Part shown: one piece after another, positions 34,932 to 36,569 of the stretch | Numbering within the stretch: the stretch's first letter is position 1 | Layout: every line of letters begins with the position of its first letter | Assembly: GCF_001194135.2 (NCBI RefSeq) | Contig: NC_068996.1 | Span: 6,840,344 to 6,876,912 of the forward strand | Direction of reading: 5' to 3' | DNA length: 36,569 bases | From: Octopus bimaculoides | Taxonomy: Eukaryota | The notes under the pieces: generated by a model | The model's database searches: none | Seen by the model: only the letters and a program-made list of their open reading frames with translations | What the model was told of the DNA's origin: nothing | Made by a program: the position numbers and the translations under genes

Positions 34932-35529
34932 AAATAAATTTGTTTGAAATTTTAAGGTGCTTCCATTATTTTGTCCAAACCCTGTATGTATGCATGTATG
35001 TGTAGGTATGCTTCTATTCCAGAAAAGCTTGCTTAACATGCGTTCATAAAATTGTATCTAGCTGTAAATTGTAAATACGTTGAACCCCTTATGCGTGGAC
35101 GTAAGTCAAAGCATACAGATTCTCACATTCATAATAACATGCACGCATCATGTGAAGCCATACATTTACATAAATGTACAGATTCATAGACAACGGCTCG
35201 GATGACTACCAAGTTGATGTTTTAAATTCCATTGAAAAGGCCTTGTATCTAAGTTGAGTTGGAGAGACCAGCTCGTTTTACTATTGATGAGTAAATTTAA
35301 GATATAAAACCAAGATCATACACATGAATGCATACATGCTTATTGAATACATAGCGCACGGACGCACACACAAGACATACATACACACACGTACATGCTA
35401 ACATACATATACATATATGCATATAATCACGCATACATTAACCGAACTCTGTTATATATCTAGAAATATGCAGCTTGAAGAGTCACCAGCAAAGAAATTT
35501 TCTATTAATAGCTGTTTCTGATATTGACA

Positions 35530-36180
35530 ATAGTGTTTATATTTGTTGTTATTGTTGCTGTTGTCGTTGTTTTTGCGATGCTGGAGATGCTGCTGCCGAT
35601 GGTGGTGGTGGCAGTGGCAGTGGCAGTGGTGGTTGTGATGGTGGTTGCGGTGGTGGTGGTGGTGATTAGGGTGATGGCGATGGCGGTGGTGGTGGGTGGT
35701 AGAGGTGTTTGTGGTGGTGGTGTTAGTTGTTGTAGTGGCGTTCATTGTAGTGATGGTGATAGCGGTAGTGGTGGTGGTGGTGATGTTGGGATGTCGATGA
35801 TATTGTGGTAGTGGTGGTGCCAGTGTTTATGCTGGTAGTGGTGGTGGCGGTGATAATGGTAGTGATAGTGCCGTTAGTGGTTGTGGCAGTAGTGGCTGTG
35901 GTGATGTGGTGGCGATGATAGCGATGGTGGTGGTGGTGGTGGTTGTAGAGAGGGTTCTGGTATCGGTGCTAGTGATGTTGGTGGTGGTGGTGGTGGTGGG
36001 TTGTAGTGATGATAATGATTGTGGTATTGGCGGTGGTTGTTGTGGAGTTGCCGATACCGCTGCTGCTAGTGATGCAGTGTTTGCGGTAGTATTGGTTGTA
36101 GTGGTGATGCTAGTGCGGTAGCGTTGGTGGCTGCGGTGACGTTGATGGTATAGGTAAAGTTTCGAGCGTTGCTGTTGGGT
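35530..36180. repeat. Degenerate (GGT/GTT/GAT/GCT)n trinucleotide low-complexity tract
   Basis: Direct reading; source of the poly-V/T/H ORFs. Confidence 0.9.
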
Positions 36181-36507
36181 GTTCGGGTGGTAGTGCAATG
36201 ACAACAAACGTAAATGTCATAATCAATAGCTATCATTATTTCCTCTCGTTTTACTTGTTTAAATCCTTCTATCCAACAGTTAGAATTATTCTGCTGACAT
36301 TTACTCTTAAATCAACATTAAATGCCTACATTTTACTGCTGCTGCTCTCTTCAAAAAGTCGACCAGTGAAAGCAGTGGCTGGTAGCGATAAAATGGTAAA
36401 TGATGGAAACGTAGAGTATTGGCAGACAAGATCTTCCATTAGAAACTGGAAGAATAGAAACGAGAAGTTTGAATTCGGAAAATAATGGCCTTCGTACTGT
36501 TGATTTA

Positions 36508-36569
36508 TTGTCGTCGTCGTCGTCGTCATCGTCGTCGTCGTCTTCCTCCTCCTCCTCCTCCTCCTCCTC
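36508..36569. repeat. (GTC)n then (CTC)n trinucleotide repeat at the window edge
   Basis: Direct reading. Confidence 0.9.

Larger units (their letters stand above)
33452..34984 (+). mobile_element. Tc1-family DNA transposon, 1533 bp, TA TSD, internally rearranged
   Basis: TIRs CAAGGGTTGAACAAAATAATGGAAACACC and (reverse complement of right end) CAGGGTTTGGACAAAATAATGGAAGCACC. TA at 33450-33451 and 34985-34986. Transposase motifs inside. Confidence 0.95.

Overview
AT-rich, microsatellite-dense eukaryotic DNA with 11 assembly gaps and no recognisable host protein-coding gene. The SINE family and repeat landscape resemble an octopus (coleoid cephalopod) genome; this is inference from recalled repeat sequences, not verified. 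Most non-microsatellite sequence that I could assign is decayed mobile DNA, much of it broken across frames in the ORF track. It includes four RLE-type (R4/Dong-like) LINE pieces, one CRE-like piece, a 5'-intact Tx1/L1-like LINE, two RTE pieces, a near-complete Penelope-like element (PLE: RT plus GIY-YIG), further PLE 3' ends, tRNA-derived SINEs, a pogo/Tc2-type MITE nested in a LINE, a hAT remnant and a Tc1 transposon. The most interesting signals are (1) several minimal hammerhead-ribozyme motifs with palindromic stem III, tied to PLE 3' ends and to a short tRNA-SINE-like unit, and (2) a Tc1 element with DD36E spacing whose catalytic-domain region carries an old ~300-bp inverted duplication (Mu-killer-like hairpin architecture).
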